Shown here: in pieces, positions 50,372 to 59,145 of the stretch
Numbering within the stretch: position 1 is the first letter of the stretch
Layout of the letters: each line of letters starts with the position of its first letter
Source: Mycobacteriales bacterium
GTDB lineage: Bacteria; Actinomycetota; Actinomycetes; Mycobacteriales; CADCTP01
DNA length: 64,000 nucleotides
NCBI GenBank assembly: GCA_039648995.1
Contig: JBBWZH010000059.1
Location: forward strand, 801-64,800
Direction: 5' to 3'
Program-made: the position numbers and the translations under genes
Notes under the pieces: generated by a model
Databases searched by the model: none
What the model was told of the DNA's origin: nothing
The model's input: only the letters and a program-made list of their open reading frames with translations

Positions 50372-51867
50372 CCGAGCTGCACCCGTTCGACGAGGCCGGC
50401 GTCGAGCGGGACGGCGCCGCGGTGAAGCGGTACGCCCGCCTGCCGGCGTCCGTGGTGGAGATGCTGCGGGTCAGCGTCGACCGCGACCCGGACGGCGAGG
50501 CCGTGGTCGAGCTGGACGGCCCGCGGGTCAGCTACCGGCAGCTCTGGGACGACGCGGCGCGGGTGGCCGGCGGGCTGCGGTCGGCCGGCGTGGGTCCGGG
50601 CGACCGGGTGGCGATCCGCTACGGCAACGGGCTGGCGTGGGTGCACGCGTTCCTCGGCACGCTGATGGCCGGTGCGGCGGCGGTGCCGGTGAACACGCGG
50701 CTGGCCCGGCCCGAGGTCGAGTACGTGATCAGCGACAGCGGGGCGAGGCTCACGCTGGGACCGGACGGCCCGGTCCCGGCCGGCGCGCCGTACGTGACCG
50801 AACACCTGACCCGCCACGACCCGGCCGCGATCTTCTACACCTCCGGCACCACCGGCTTCCCCAAGGGCGCGGTGACCAGCCACGAGAACTTCCTCACCAA
50901 CGCCGAGAACGCGCTGCGGGTGGCCGGGCTGCCGGCGCACGACCCGACGATCCGCAACCTGGTCTCGGTGCCGCTGTTCCACGTCACCGGCTGCAACAGC
51001 CAGCTGCTGCCCACCCTGCAGGGCGGCGGCGCGACCGTGGTGATGCCGGCGTTCGACGTCCAGCGGTTCCTGCGCGCGATCGTCGAGGAGCGGATCCGCG
51101 TGGTCACCTCGGTGCCGGCCATCTACTGGTACGCGCTGAGCCGGCCGGACCTCGCCGACCACGACCTCACCGGCGTGGGCTGGGCCAGCTACGGCGGGGC
51201 GCCGATCGCGCCGTCGCTGGTCCGCCGGATCAAGCAGGGCTTCCCGAACGCCAGGGTCGGCAACGGTTTCGGGCTGACCGAGACCTCGTCGATCTCCAGC
51301 TACCTGCCGGACGAGTGGGCCTACACGCACACCGAGTCGGTAGGTTTCGCCGCGCCCACCGTCGACCTCGCGGTGGCCGACCCGGACGCCGGCGGGGTGG
51401 GCGAGCTGCTGATCCGCGGCGGCAACGTGGTGGACGGCTACTGGGCCAAGCCGGCCGAGACCGCTGAGGCGTTCCGGGACGGCTGGCTGCACAGCGGCGA
51501 CCTGGCCCGCATCGACGCCGAGGGCCGGGTCTACGTGCTCGACCGGATCAAGGACATGATCAACCGCGGCGGCGAGAACGTGTACTCGGTGGAGGTGGAG
51601 AACGTACTGGCCGGCGCTCCCGGCGTCTTCGAGGTCGCGGTGATCGCCGTGCCGGACCCGATGATGGGGGAGAAGGTCGGCGCGGTCCTGGTGCCCACCC
51701 CCGGCCAGCCGCTGGACGTGGACGCCGTCCGCGGCTACGCCGCGGAGCGCCTGGCCGACTTCAAGGTGCCGCAGTTCGTGCACGTCCGGCAGGAGCCGCT
51801 GCCCCGCAACCCGGGCGGCAAGGTGCTCAAGTCGGCGCTGCGCAAACAGGTGAACTGGGAGAATTGA
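50368..51867 (+). CDS. AMP-binding acyl-CoA synthetase / ligase
   Basis: GTGA overlap with the upstream stop. Motifs YTSGTTGFPKGAV, GYGLTE-like NGFGLTETS, GWLHSGDLA and the C-terminal PRNPGGKVLK. Confidence 0.9.
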   Translation: MTELHPFDEAGVERDGAAVKRYARLPASVVEMLRVSVDRDPDGEAVVELDGPRVSYRQLWDDAARVAGGLRSAGVGPGDRVAIRYGNGLAWVHAFLGTLMAGAAAVPVNTRLARPEVEYVISDSGARLTLGPDGPVPAGAPYVTEHLTRHDPAAIFYTSGTTGFPKGAVTSHENFLTNAENALRVAGLPAHDPTIRNLVSVPLFHVTGCNSQLLPTLQGGGATVVMPAFDVQRFLRAIVEERIRVVTSVPAIYWYALSRPDLADHDLTGVGWASYGGAPIAPSLVRRIKQGFPNARVGNGFGLTETSSISSYLPDEWAYTHTESVGFAAPTVDLAVADPDAGGVGELLIRGGNVVDGYWAKPAETAEAFRDGWLHSGDLARIDAEGRVYVLDRIKDMINRGGENVYSVEVENVLAGAPGVFEVAVIAVPDPMMGEKVGAVLVPTPGQPLDVDAVRGYAAERLADFKVPQFVHVRQEPLPRNPGGKVLKSALRKQVNWEN

Positions 51868-51950
51868 CGCCCATCCCGGACCTACCGCGGCAGGGCCGGC
51901 CGCCGGCGGGGTCGCGGTTGGCGCCGGCGGCCGGCGGGAAAGGAGTCCGC

Positions 51951-52319
51951 ATGCTGGATGAGGCTGAGGTATTCGGCAGCTTCGCGGTGACGGACATCCG
52001 CCGGGCCAAGGAGTTCTACGGCGGGACGCTCGGGCTGCGGGTGTCGGACGCCCGGCTGGGCCAGTTACGGCTGCATGTCGGCACCGGTCGCGGCTACCTG
52101 CTCTACCCGAAGCCCGACCACACCCCGGCCACGTTCACCGTGCTCAACTTCATCGTGGACGACATCGACGAGGCGGTCGGCCGGCTGGTCGAGCGCGGCG
52201 TCCGGTTCGAGCACTACGACCACCCGAAGACCGACGCCGACGGCATCGACCGGGCCGAGCTGGTCGCCTGGTTCACCGACCCGGACGGCAACATCCTCTC
52301 GGTCGTCCAGGAGCGTTGA
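51951..52319 (+). CDS. VOC/glyoxalase-family protein
   Basis: ATG at 51951 after GGAAAGGAG. FYGGTLGLRV ... WFTDPDGNILSV. Confidence 0.8.
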   Translation: MLDEAEVFGSFAVTDIRRAKEFYGGTLGLRVSDARLGQLRLHVGTGRGYLLYPKPDHTPATFTVLNFIVDDIDEAVGRLVERGVRFEHYDHPKTDADGIDRAELVAWFTDPDGNILSVVQER

Positions 52320-52519
52320 GCCCGCCGTACCTAACCTGGCGGCGTGGCGTGGCTGCCGCGGTACCGCACAGAACCGCGAGGTTGGACGGCGTAGACAGCG
52401 CGTCCGTCCACAGCCAGGGGTGTTGCCGGTGTCGGGCCGTTGGACGGCGTTGGTCTGTCCACTGTGGATGGTCGAATTGGCGTGGTGCGGCGAGCGACAG
52501 GCTTGGTGTGATCGAACGT

Positions 52520-54046
52520 ATGTTCGATCCGGCGGGGGTGTCTGACGCTGCACTGGTCGACGCCATCGCGGCGTGGGACCGGGTGGTGTCGTGGGCGCAG
52601 GCCGCGCAGTTGGCCGCGATCGCGGAACTGGCGCGGCGGCGGCCGGCCCAGCCGGGGCAGCCCAGTGACGGGACCGGGGTGAGTGAGTTCGCCGTCGACG
52701 AGGTGGCCGCGGCGCTGCGGCTGTCGCGCCCGGCCGCCGGTGCCCGGCTCCAGGTCGCGGTCGAGGTGGCCACGCGGCTGCCGGCGACCGGTGCGGCGCT
52801 ACGCCGCGGGGAGATCGACTTCGCCAGGGCCCGAGCCGTGGTCGAGGCGGTGACGCCGCTGGCCGACCCGGCGGCGGCGGCCGTGGAGGCGCGGGTGCTA
52901 CCCCGCGCGGGCAGCCAGACGGTCGGCCAGCTCCGGGCCAGCCTCGCCCGCGCGGTACCAGCCGCCGACCCGGCCGCCGCCGAGGTCCGGCACGCCCGCG
53001 CGGTCGCCGACCGTCGGGTCGCGCTGACCCCGCTCGCCGACGGCGTGGCCGAACTCTGGGCACTGCTGCCCGCCGACGCCGCCACCGCCGTCTACACCGC
53101 AATCGACACCCACGCCCGCAGCGGTCCCGCCGACCACCGCACCATGGACGCCCGCCGCGCCGACGCCCTCACCCACCTCATCACCGCCGCCCACACCGAC
53201 ACGACGACCGCCGCCCACACCACGACCGTGGCCGGCGCGGCGACCCCGAGCCGCACCCGCACCCGCACCGCCACCGGCGGTGTGGCCAGCGCCGGGACCG
53301 TGGCCGGCGCCGGGACCGTGGCCCACAGCACGACCGTGGCCCACACCACGACCGTGGCCGGCGCCGGGACCGTGGCCGGCGCCGTAGCCAGCAGCGGCGC
53401 CCTGGCCGGCGCCGCGACCACCGGCACCGGGAAGCTGACCGGCGCCCGCACGACGACCGACACCGCGGCCAGCACCGCCGCCCCGACCGGCGCGGCGACC
53501 AGCACCCACACCGCGACCGCGACCGCACCGGGCACCGTCACTCGCGGCCGTCGGCCCGGTAGCGGTCCGCTCGTGCATGTCACCGTCGCGGCGTCGACAC
53601 TGCTCGGCCTCGACGACGAACCCGCCGACCTGACCGGCTACGGGCCCATCCCCGCCTCCATGGCACGCCGCATCGCCGCCGACCCCACCGGCACCTGGCG
53701 ACGCATCCTCACCGACCCGGCCTCAGGCACCGTCCTGGACGTCGGACGCACCACCTACCGCCCACCACCAGCCATCGCCAGACACGTCACCACCCGCGAC
53801 CAAACCTGCCGGTTTCCCACCTGCCGACAACCCGCCCACCGCTGCGACCTCGACCACATCCGCCCCTACCCCACCGGGCCTACCGCCGTGAACAACTTGA
53901 CCACGCTCTGCCGTCATCATCACCGGCTCAAACACCACGGCACCTGGAAAGTGACCCCCATCGGTAACGGCAACCTCACCTGGACCGCCCCGACCGGACA
54001 CAGGTACACCACCCAGCCGGCGGGTGGTTCGGGTCGAAGTAGCTAG
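52520..54046 (+). CDS. DUF222 + HNH endonuclease domain protein (13E12-repeat-like family)
   Basis: ATG at 52520. The N-terminal DUF222-like region has AQLAAIAELARRR...RGEIDFARARAV. A Thr/Ala/Gly repeat insert follows. The HNH block is CRFPTCRQPAHRCDLDHIRPY...NLTTLCRHHHRLKH. Confidence 0.85.
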   Translation: MFDPAGVSDAALVDAIAAWDRVVSWAQAAQLAAIAELARRRPAQPGQPSDGTGVSEFAVDEVAAALRLSRPAAGARLQVAVEVATRLPATGAALRRGEIDFARARAVVEAVTPLADPAAAAVEARVLPRAGSQTVGQLRASLARAVPAADPAAAEVRHARAVADRRVALTPLADGVAELWALLPADAATAVYTAIDTHARSGPADHRTMDARRADALTHLITAAHTDTTTAAHTTTVAGAATPSRTRTRTATGGVASAGTVAGAGTVAHSTTVAHTTTVAGAGTVAGAVASSGALAGAATTGTGKLTGARTTTDTAASTAAPTGAATSTHTATATAPGTVTRGRRPGSGPLVHVTVAASTLLGLDDEPADLTGYGPIPASMARRIAADPTGTWRRILTDPASGTVLDVGRTTYRPPPAIARHVTTRDQTCRFPTCRQPAHRCDLDHIRPYPTGPTAVNNLTTLCRHHHRLKHHGTWKVTPIGNGNLTWTAPTGHRYTTQPAGGSGRSS

Positions 54047-54426
54047 GGCGTGCCGCCCTGGCCGCCGCCGGCAGCCGCGACCAGCCGCCGGACCAGCGCC
54101 CGGACCGACGCCAGGTCGAGCTCTACCGGCTTCCCGCCGAGCTGCACGCCGTCGCCCTGGAAGCCGTCGAACTCGATCTTCGCGCCGGAGACCAGGTGCA
54201 GCGCGAAGCGGTGCCGCAGGGTGTAGCCGCTGACCTGGTCGGTCACCTTGACCACGGTGCGCCAGGGGATGATGCGTGCGGTCGCCTTGCCGAAGAAGTA
54301 CTCCCGGGCCCAGGCCAGGTACTCGGTGCCGAAGACCACGACCACGTGCCGCAGCGTGTCCTTGTGGTGGCAGCACCGGCAGGCCGCGATCAGCTGGCCG
54401 GCCCCGGTGATCTGCTCCAGCAGCAA
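54043..54426 (-). CDS. hypothetical protein (possibly PH-like domain) or 3' fragment of a disrupted gene
   Basis: The open frame has good G/C third-position bias, but only a TTG start and no RBS. It lies directly downstream of the caspase remnant in a different frame. Confidence 0.35.
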   Translation of the reverse strand: MLLEQITGAGQLIAACRCCHHKDTLRHVVVVFGTEYLAWAREYFFGKATARIIPWRTVVKVTDQVSGYTLRHRFALHLVSGAKIEFDGFQGDGVQLGGKPVELDLASVRALVRRLVAAAGGGQGGTP

Positions 54427-54669
54427 CTTCCGCTGAGGCTGTAGAGCGTGTCGGCCGCGTCGAGCCGCGCGGCCAGCAGCTCCCGCTGCGCCGGTCCATC
54501 AGGGTTTCCACGGCGAAGCCGCCGACCGCCGGGTCGCTCAGCACCTCGGCCAGCACGCGCGCGTCGTGCGCGGGCGCGCCGAGCCGGGTCAGCGCCGGGT
54601 CGGCGTACTCGCTGCTGGCGATGACCAGCCGTACCGGCCCCCGGCCGGCGTGGCCGGCGCCGTCGTCAC
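54427..54669 (-). pseudogene. caspase-like (peptidase C14) N-terminal remnant, frameshifted and truncated
   Basis: The minus strand reads VRLVIASSEYADPALTRLGAPAHDARVLAEVLSDPAVGGFAVETLMD, then (after a frame change) PAQRELLAARLDAADTLYSLSG. The candidate GTG start at 54669 is out of frame unless the C5 run at 54638-54642 is altered. No catalytic His or Cys blocks are present. Confidence 0.65.
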
Positions 54670-54681
54670 GTCGGCCGCTGG

Positions 54682-55059
54682 CTACGCGGCGTCGGGCGGG
54701 CCGCCGTGCCGGGCGATCCAGATGTCCATCAACGCGCGCTGGTCGGCGACGCTGACGCCGGTCACCTCCAGCACGTCGCCGTCGATCTCGATCTTCACAC
54801 TGCGCGCCTGCCGGAGCGCGACCCACCGGCCCACCGCCGCGACCACCGCCCGCACCCGCTGCGCCGACCGGACGAACTCGACGACCAGCCTGCCGGCCGC
54901 GATCACGTCCAGCGCCGTCGCTCCGGCCGGCGGCACCCCCGCACTGGCCAGCTCGACCCGCTCCACATCGGTCGCCAACAGCTCGTCCCGAAGAGCCGCG
55001 ACCAGCAAGATCAGCTCGGCCGCGTCGGCGTCCGGCGGCGCCTGCACCGCGACGCTCAT
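54682..55059 (-). CDS. EACC1-like small protein (effector-associated constant component; tentative)
   Basis: ATG at 55059, 125 aa. The pattern AELILLVAALRDELL...VELASAGVPPAGATALDVI...VGRWVALRQARSVKIEIDGDVLEVTGVSVADQRALMDIWI matches my recollection of the EACC1 family. It is adjacent to a caspase remnant. Confidence 0.5.
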   Translation of the reverse strand: MSVAVQAPPDADAAELILLVAALRDELLATDVERVELASAGVPPAGATALDVIAAGRLVVEFVRSAQRVRAVVAAVGRWVALRQARSVKIEIDGDVLEVTGVSVADQRALMDIWIARHGGPPDAA

Positions 55060-55151
55060 CCGCGCCACCGTTTCGCCCACCCCAACCCCCGTCCAACCCG
55101 CCACCGAGCGACAGGGTAGCGGCCAGATCGACCCGGACCGGCAGCAATACC

Positions 55152-55961
55152 TCAGGTGCCGAGCAGGTCGGCGATGTCGGTCACCGTGATGCCGTCCATC
55201 AGCCGGCGGGCGAGGTCGGCGACCGGCAGCGGCACGCCGACGTCGGCGGCCATCCGGCTGGCGTTGTCGATGTCCTTGACGTACCAGGTGAGTCGCATCT
55301 GCTCCAGTTCGCGCAGGGTGCGGCTGTCGGTGGGCCCGTGCACGAGCGCGGCGCGGGCGCGGGCGGGGGAGAGGCCGAGCTCCCGGCCGAGCCGCAGGGC
55401 CTCGACGATCGCGACGATCTGGGCCCAGTGGATCAGGTTGTTCACGGTCTTGCCGACCTGGCCCTGGCCCAGCTCGCCGAGGTGCCGCACGCCGGCGCAG
55501 AAGGCGCCGAACACCGGCCGGGCCCGATCCAGCGCCGCGGCCGACCCGCCGACCAGCAGGTTCACCGTGCCGTCGACGGCCGCACGGACACCGCCGGTGA
55601 GCGCCGCGTCCAGCACGTCCACCTGCCGCGGCGCCGCCTCGGCGGCCAGCGTCGCGCACGTCTGCGGGCGCACCGAGCTGCACACCGCCAGCACCGCCCC
55701 GGGGCGCAACCCGGCCAGCAGGCCGGCCGGGCCGGTCACGACGGCCAGCACGTCCTCGTCGGTGGGCACGGTCAGCAGCACCACGTCCGCCACCGGGGCC
55801 AGGGCCGCCGGCGACGGGCACGCGGTGGCCCCGAGCGCGGTGGCCGCGGCGACCGCGGCCGGGTCCAGGTCCACGCACCAGGTCGGGAAGCCGGCGGCGC
55901 GGACATGCCGCAGGATCGGGCCGCCCATCGCGCCGAGCCCGATCACGCCGACACCGGTCAT
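55152..55961 (-). CDS. NAD(P)-dependent oxidoreductase, 3-hydroxyisobutyrate dehydrogenase family
   Basis: VGVIGLGAMGGPI Rossmann motif and GQGQVGKTVNNL block. 269 aa. Confidence 0.85.
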   Translation of the reverse strand: MTGVGVIGLGAMGGPILRHVRAAGFPTWCVDLDPAAVAAATALGATACPSPAALAPVADVVLLTVPTDEDVLAVVTGPAGLLAGLRPGAVLAVCSSVRPQTCATLAAEAAPRQVDVLDAALTGGVRAAVDGTVNLLVGGSAAALDRARPVFGAFCAGVRHLGELGQGQVGKTVNNLIHWAQIVAIVEALRLGRELGLSPARARAALVHGPTDSRTLRELEQMRLTWYVKDIDNASRMAADVGVPLPVADLARRLMDGITVTDIADLLGT

Positions 55962-55985
55962 CGCACCCCTCCGTCTATGGTCTAT

Positions 55986-55996
55986 TGGTCATACCA
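55986..55996. promoter_or_regulatory. candidate GntR/FadR-type operator copy 1
   Basis: TGGTCATACCA, preceded by ATGGTCTAT, in an AT-rich patch 25 nt upstream of the start at 55961(-). Confidence 0.55.
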
Positions 55997-56366
55997 CAGG
56001 TAAGGAACGGACTCCAGCAAGCGGTCGCGGCCGGCGACGGAGCCGGCGGCCTGGCGGGACTCCCGTCGAGGCAGGCGGGGCAGGGACCGGGGTTCGGGGG
56101 TTGCCCGGCACAGGGTCAACGGGGCGGTAACCCGCCCGGTGATGTCCACGGCGGTGCCGGCAAGGCACTCCCGAGCAAGTGCCTGACCTGGCAGGGCGGC
56201 CTGACTCCCGCCGACCACGACAAGCTGGTGATGGTCCGATGTTCCTCCCGGCCACCGAGACCGATCCCGGCAACCGGGCCGAGCTGTGGTGGCTCGGGTG
56301 GCTCACGCGTGAACGGGCGGCCCCGGCGCCGGGGACTGCGCGGCCGGCGGGTAGCCCGGCCCGGCC

Positions 56367-57125
56367 TCAGTGCTTGGCGAGCCGGGCGGCGGTGCGGTCC
56401 AGGTGGCGGCGCATGATGTCGGTCGCCTTGGGGCAGTCGCGGGCCCGGATCGCCGCGACCAGCTCGACGTGCTCGGTGACGCCGATGCCGCCCATCTCCG
56501 GGGCGGCCTCGTGCGCGCGCTCCAGCGACATCAGCAGCGGCCGGCGGAACGTCTGCTGCAGCATCACGATCGCGCGGTTGTGCGTGCACTCGGCCAGCCG
56601 GGTGTGGAACTCGGCCGACATCTCCATCGTGTACGTGCCCGCGTCCCGGGCGGCGATCGCCTTGTCGCACAGCTCCTGCAGCGCGGCCAGGTCTTCGTCG
56701 GTGGCCCGCTCGCAGACCAGCGGGACCACGCCCAGCTCGATGATCTTCCGGGTCTCGGTGACCTCGGCCGCCGTCGTCGGCGACAGCGTCATCAGGTCGA
56801 TGATGCCCTCGCGGATGTGCGAGCCGGACGGCGCGGTGACGAACGCGCCGCCGCGGGCGCCGACCCGGATCTCGATCAGACCGTTGGCCTCCAGGATGCG
56901 CAGCGCCTCGCGCACGGTCACCCGGCTCACACCGAACCGCTCGCACAGGTCGCGCTCCGAGGGCAGCCGGTCACCGGGCGTCAGCCGGCCTTCCCGGATC
57001 AGCACCCTGATCTGGTCGACGATGTCCTCCGACATCCGGCCCATCGTGACCGGGTTGAACAGGTCGGCCGGCAAGTCGGTGCGGACCTTGGCCACGACGT
57101 CTCCCTCAGCGAACAAGCACCCCAC
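56367..57125 (-). CDS. GntR-family (FadR/FCD subfamily) transcriptional regulator
   Basis: HTH LPSERDLCERFGVSRVTVREALRILEANGLI plus an all-helical FCD-like C-terminal domain. The exact start is uncertain (57125, 57098, or the ATG for MGRMSE). Confidence 0.88.
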   Translation of the reverse strand: MGCLFAEGDVVAKVRTDLPADLFNPVTMGRMSEDIVDQIRVLIREGRLTPGDRLPSERDLCERFGVSRVTVREALRILEANGLIEIRVGARGGAFVTAPSGSHIREGIIDLMTLSPTTAAEVTETRKIIELGVVPLVCERATDEDLAALQELCDKAIAARDAGTYTMEMSAEFHTRLAECTHNRAIVMLQQTFRRPLLMSLERAHEAAPEMGGIGVTEHVELVAAIRARDCPKATDIMRRHLDRTAARLAKH

Positions 57126-57137
57126 CGTACGGCCTGC

Positions 57138-57173
57138 TTGACAATCCTAAAGCATGTTCTTATGGTCATACCA
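57138..57173 (+). promoter_or_regulatory. sigma70-like promoter with overlapping operator copy 2
   Basis: TTGACA (57138-57143), 17 nt spacer, TATGGT (57161-57166). The operator TGGTCATACCA (57163-57173) overlaps the -10. The region is divergent between the GntR and dioxygenase genes. Confidence 0.6.
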
Positions 57174-57217
57174 ATAGCCCAATAGGCCTGCGTTCAGTGA
57201 CAAAGGAGCCGCTTGGG

Positions 57218-58489
57218 ATGGTGGCGATTGAGGACTTCTCCCGCACCGCGCTGATCCTCGACCGGCCTGACACGTTCGAAGTACACACCGACGTGTACAC
57301 CGACCCCGACGTCTTCCGCGCGGAGATGAAGAACATCTTCGAGCGCACCTGGGTCTACGTCGGCCACGAGTCGCAGCTGCCCGAGATCGGCGACTACAAG
57401 ACCTCCGCGGTCGGCACCCAGCCGGTGATCGTCAGCCGGCACGAGGATGGGCAGGTGTACGTGCTGCTCAACCGGTGCCGGCACCGCGCCTCGGTGGTCT
57501 GCCGGGACGACGTCGGCCACTCCAACTACTTCCGCTGCCCGTACCACAACTGGAGCTACGCCAACGACGGCGCGCTGGTCGGGATGGCGCAGTCGTCCGG
57601 CTACCCGGCCGACTTCGACAAGAGCAGGTGGGGCCTGCACCGGGCGCCGCGGGTGGGCAGCTACCGCGGGTTGATCTTCGCGAGCCTGGCCGCCGACGGG
57701 CCGTCGCTGGATGAGCACCTGGCGCCGATCCGCAAGTACATCGACTGGTGGTTCGACCGCTCGCCCACCGGCACGATCAGCGTGCTGCCCAAGCCGCACA
57801 AGTACCCGTACCCCGGCAACTGGAAGTGGCAGGCCGAGAACGGGCACGACGGCTACCACGGCAACTACGTGCATGAGTCCTGGCAGCGGCTGCTGGAGCG
57901 GGCGGGCGAGGCGCCGGTGCGGGAGGTGCGCAAGTTCCGCGCCGCCGGCTGCACCCGCGGCTTCGCCTACGGGCACGGGCTGCTGGAGCGGCCCGGCGGC
58001 CTGTCCCCGGCGTCCAGCTGGACCGGCCGGATGATGCAGCGCTTCCCCGACTACGCGACCGCGCTGCGCGGGCGGTTCACCGACGACGTGATCGACGAGA
58101 TCTCCGCCCGCCGCAACATCTTCGTCTTCCCGAACCTCTACCTGTTCGACACACAGCTGCGGGTGATCAACCCGATCGTGGTCGACCGGACCGAGGTGCA
58201 CCTCTACGTCTACGCGCTGGACGGGGCGCCGACCGAGCTGAACGAGGGCCGGTACCGGGCGCACGAGCGGTTCTACGGCCCGTCCGGGTTCGGCTCGCCG
58301 GACGACGTGGAGATCTTCGTCTGCAACCAGACCGGGGTGCAGGCCGGCGGCGTCGACTACCTGCGGCTGGCCCGCGGGCTGCACCGGGAGAAGCGGGTGG
58401 ACGGCGAGTGGGTCGGGCACAGCACCGACGAGGTACCGGTCCGCGCGCTGTACCGGGAGTGGAAGAGGTTGATGGGGGTCGCCTCGTGA
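57218..58489 (+). CDS. Rieske-type aromatic ring-hydroxylating oxygenase, alpha subunit
   Basis: ATG at 57218, 9 nt after AAGGAG. Rieske motif CRHR...CPYHNW and mononuclear iron block NGHDGYHGNYVHES. Confidence 0.9.
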   Translation: MVAIEDFSRTALILDRPDTFEVHTDVYTDPDVFRAEMKNIFERTWVYVGHESQLPEIGDYKTSAVGTQPVIVSRHEDGQVYVLLNRCRHRASVVCRDDVGHSNYFRCPYHNWSYANDGALVGMAQSSGYPADFDKSRWGLHRAPRVGSYRGLIFASLAADGPSLDEHLAPIRKYIDWWFDRSPTGTISVLPKPHKYPYPGNWKWQAENGHDGYHGNYVHESWQRLLERAGEAPVREVRKFRAAGCTRGFAYGHGLLERPGGLSPASSWTGRMMQRFPDYATALRGRFTDDVIDEISARRNIFVFPNLYLFDTQLRVINPIVVDRTEVHLYVYALDGAPTELNEGRYRAHERFYGPSGFGSPDDVEIFVCNQTGVQAGGVDYLRLARGLHREKRVDGEWVGHSTDEVPVRALYREWKRLMGVAS

Positions 58490-58572
58490 CCATGCCGCCC
58501 GGCGGACTCCGCCGCTCCGCTCCTCGCGCGCTGGCGCCCGCTGCGATGCTCACGACGGAGGCCGCCTCGTGA
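58486..58572 (+). repeat. MIRU-like intercistronic repeat, copy A, with bridging mini-ORF
   Basis: It shares CGCTCCGCTCC, CTGCGATGCTCAC and GCCTCGTGAC with copy B. The open frame VTMPPGGLRRSAPRALAPAAMLTTEAAS starts in a GTGA overlap with the alpha-subunit stop and ends in a GTGA overlap with the beta-subunit start. Confidence 0.65.
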
Positions 58573-59132
58573 CCACGACCCAACCGGCGCCCGCCGCGAC
58601 CCCCGGGCCGGCACAGCCGGCGGCGGCGCGGCTGAGCCGGGCCGAGGCGGAGGAACTGCTGTACCGCGAGGCGCGGCTGCTGGACACGGTCGCGCTGGAG
58701 GAGTGGCTGGAGCTGTTCACCGAGGACGGCCTGTACTGGCTGCCGATCGAGGACGCCGACGACCCGGCCGACGCGGCCGGCGTGGTCTCGATCGTGTACG
58801 ACGACCGGGCCCGGCGGGAGGAGCGCGTCTACCGCACGCTGCACACGCCCGTGCTGGACCAGAACCCGCGCTCGCGCACCATGCACATGGTCGGCAATGT
58901 CGAGGTGCTCGGCCCCGACGACCGTGGTGACGTGCGGGTACTGTGCAACCAGGTGATCGGCGAGATCCGCTCGGGCGGGCACCGTCAGGTCGGGCTCAAC
59001 GTGACCCGGTGGTTCGGGGCACGCTGCGAGTTCCGGTTGCGGCCCGGCCGGGACGGCTGGCGGATCAGCCTGAAGAAGACCGTGCTGATCGACTCCGACC
59101 AGCCGCTCTACAACCTGACGTTCCTGATCTAG
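58569..59132 (+). CDS. ring-hydroxylating oxygenase beta subunit (SnoaL-like fold)
   Basis: GTG start. EELLYREARLLDTVALEEWLELFTEDGLYWLP ... ISLKKTVLIDSD is typical of the small subunit. Confidence 0.88.
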   Translation: MTTTQPAPAATPGPAQPAAARLSRAEAEELLYREARLLDTVALEEWLELFTEDGLYWLPIEDADDPADAAGVVSIVYDDRARREERVYRTLHTPVLDQNPRSRTMHMVGNVEVLGPDDRGDVRVLCNQVIGEIRSGGHRQVGLNVTRWFGARCEFRLRPGRDGWRISLKKTVLIDSDQPLYNLTFLI

Positions 59133-59145
59133 GGGTGCGGCGGAC

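Noticed and set aside
55982-56218. 78-aa minus-strand ORF (and 55989..56306, 55985..56416) in the 405-nt gap.
   Set aside because: It has no RBS, no recognisable domain, and overlapping alternatives in several frames. It is kept only as a possible gene remnant in the findings.
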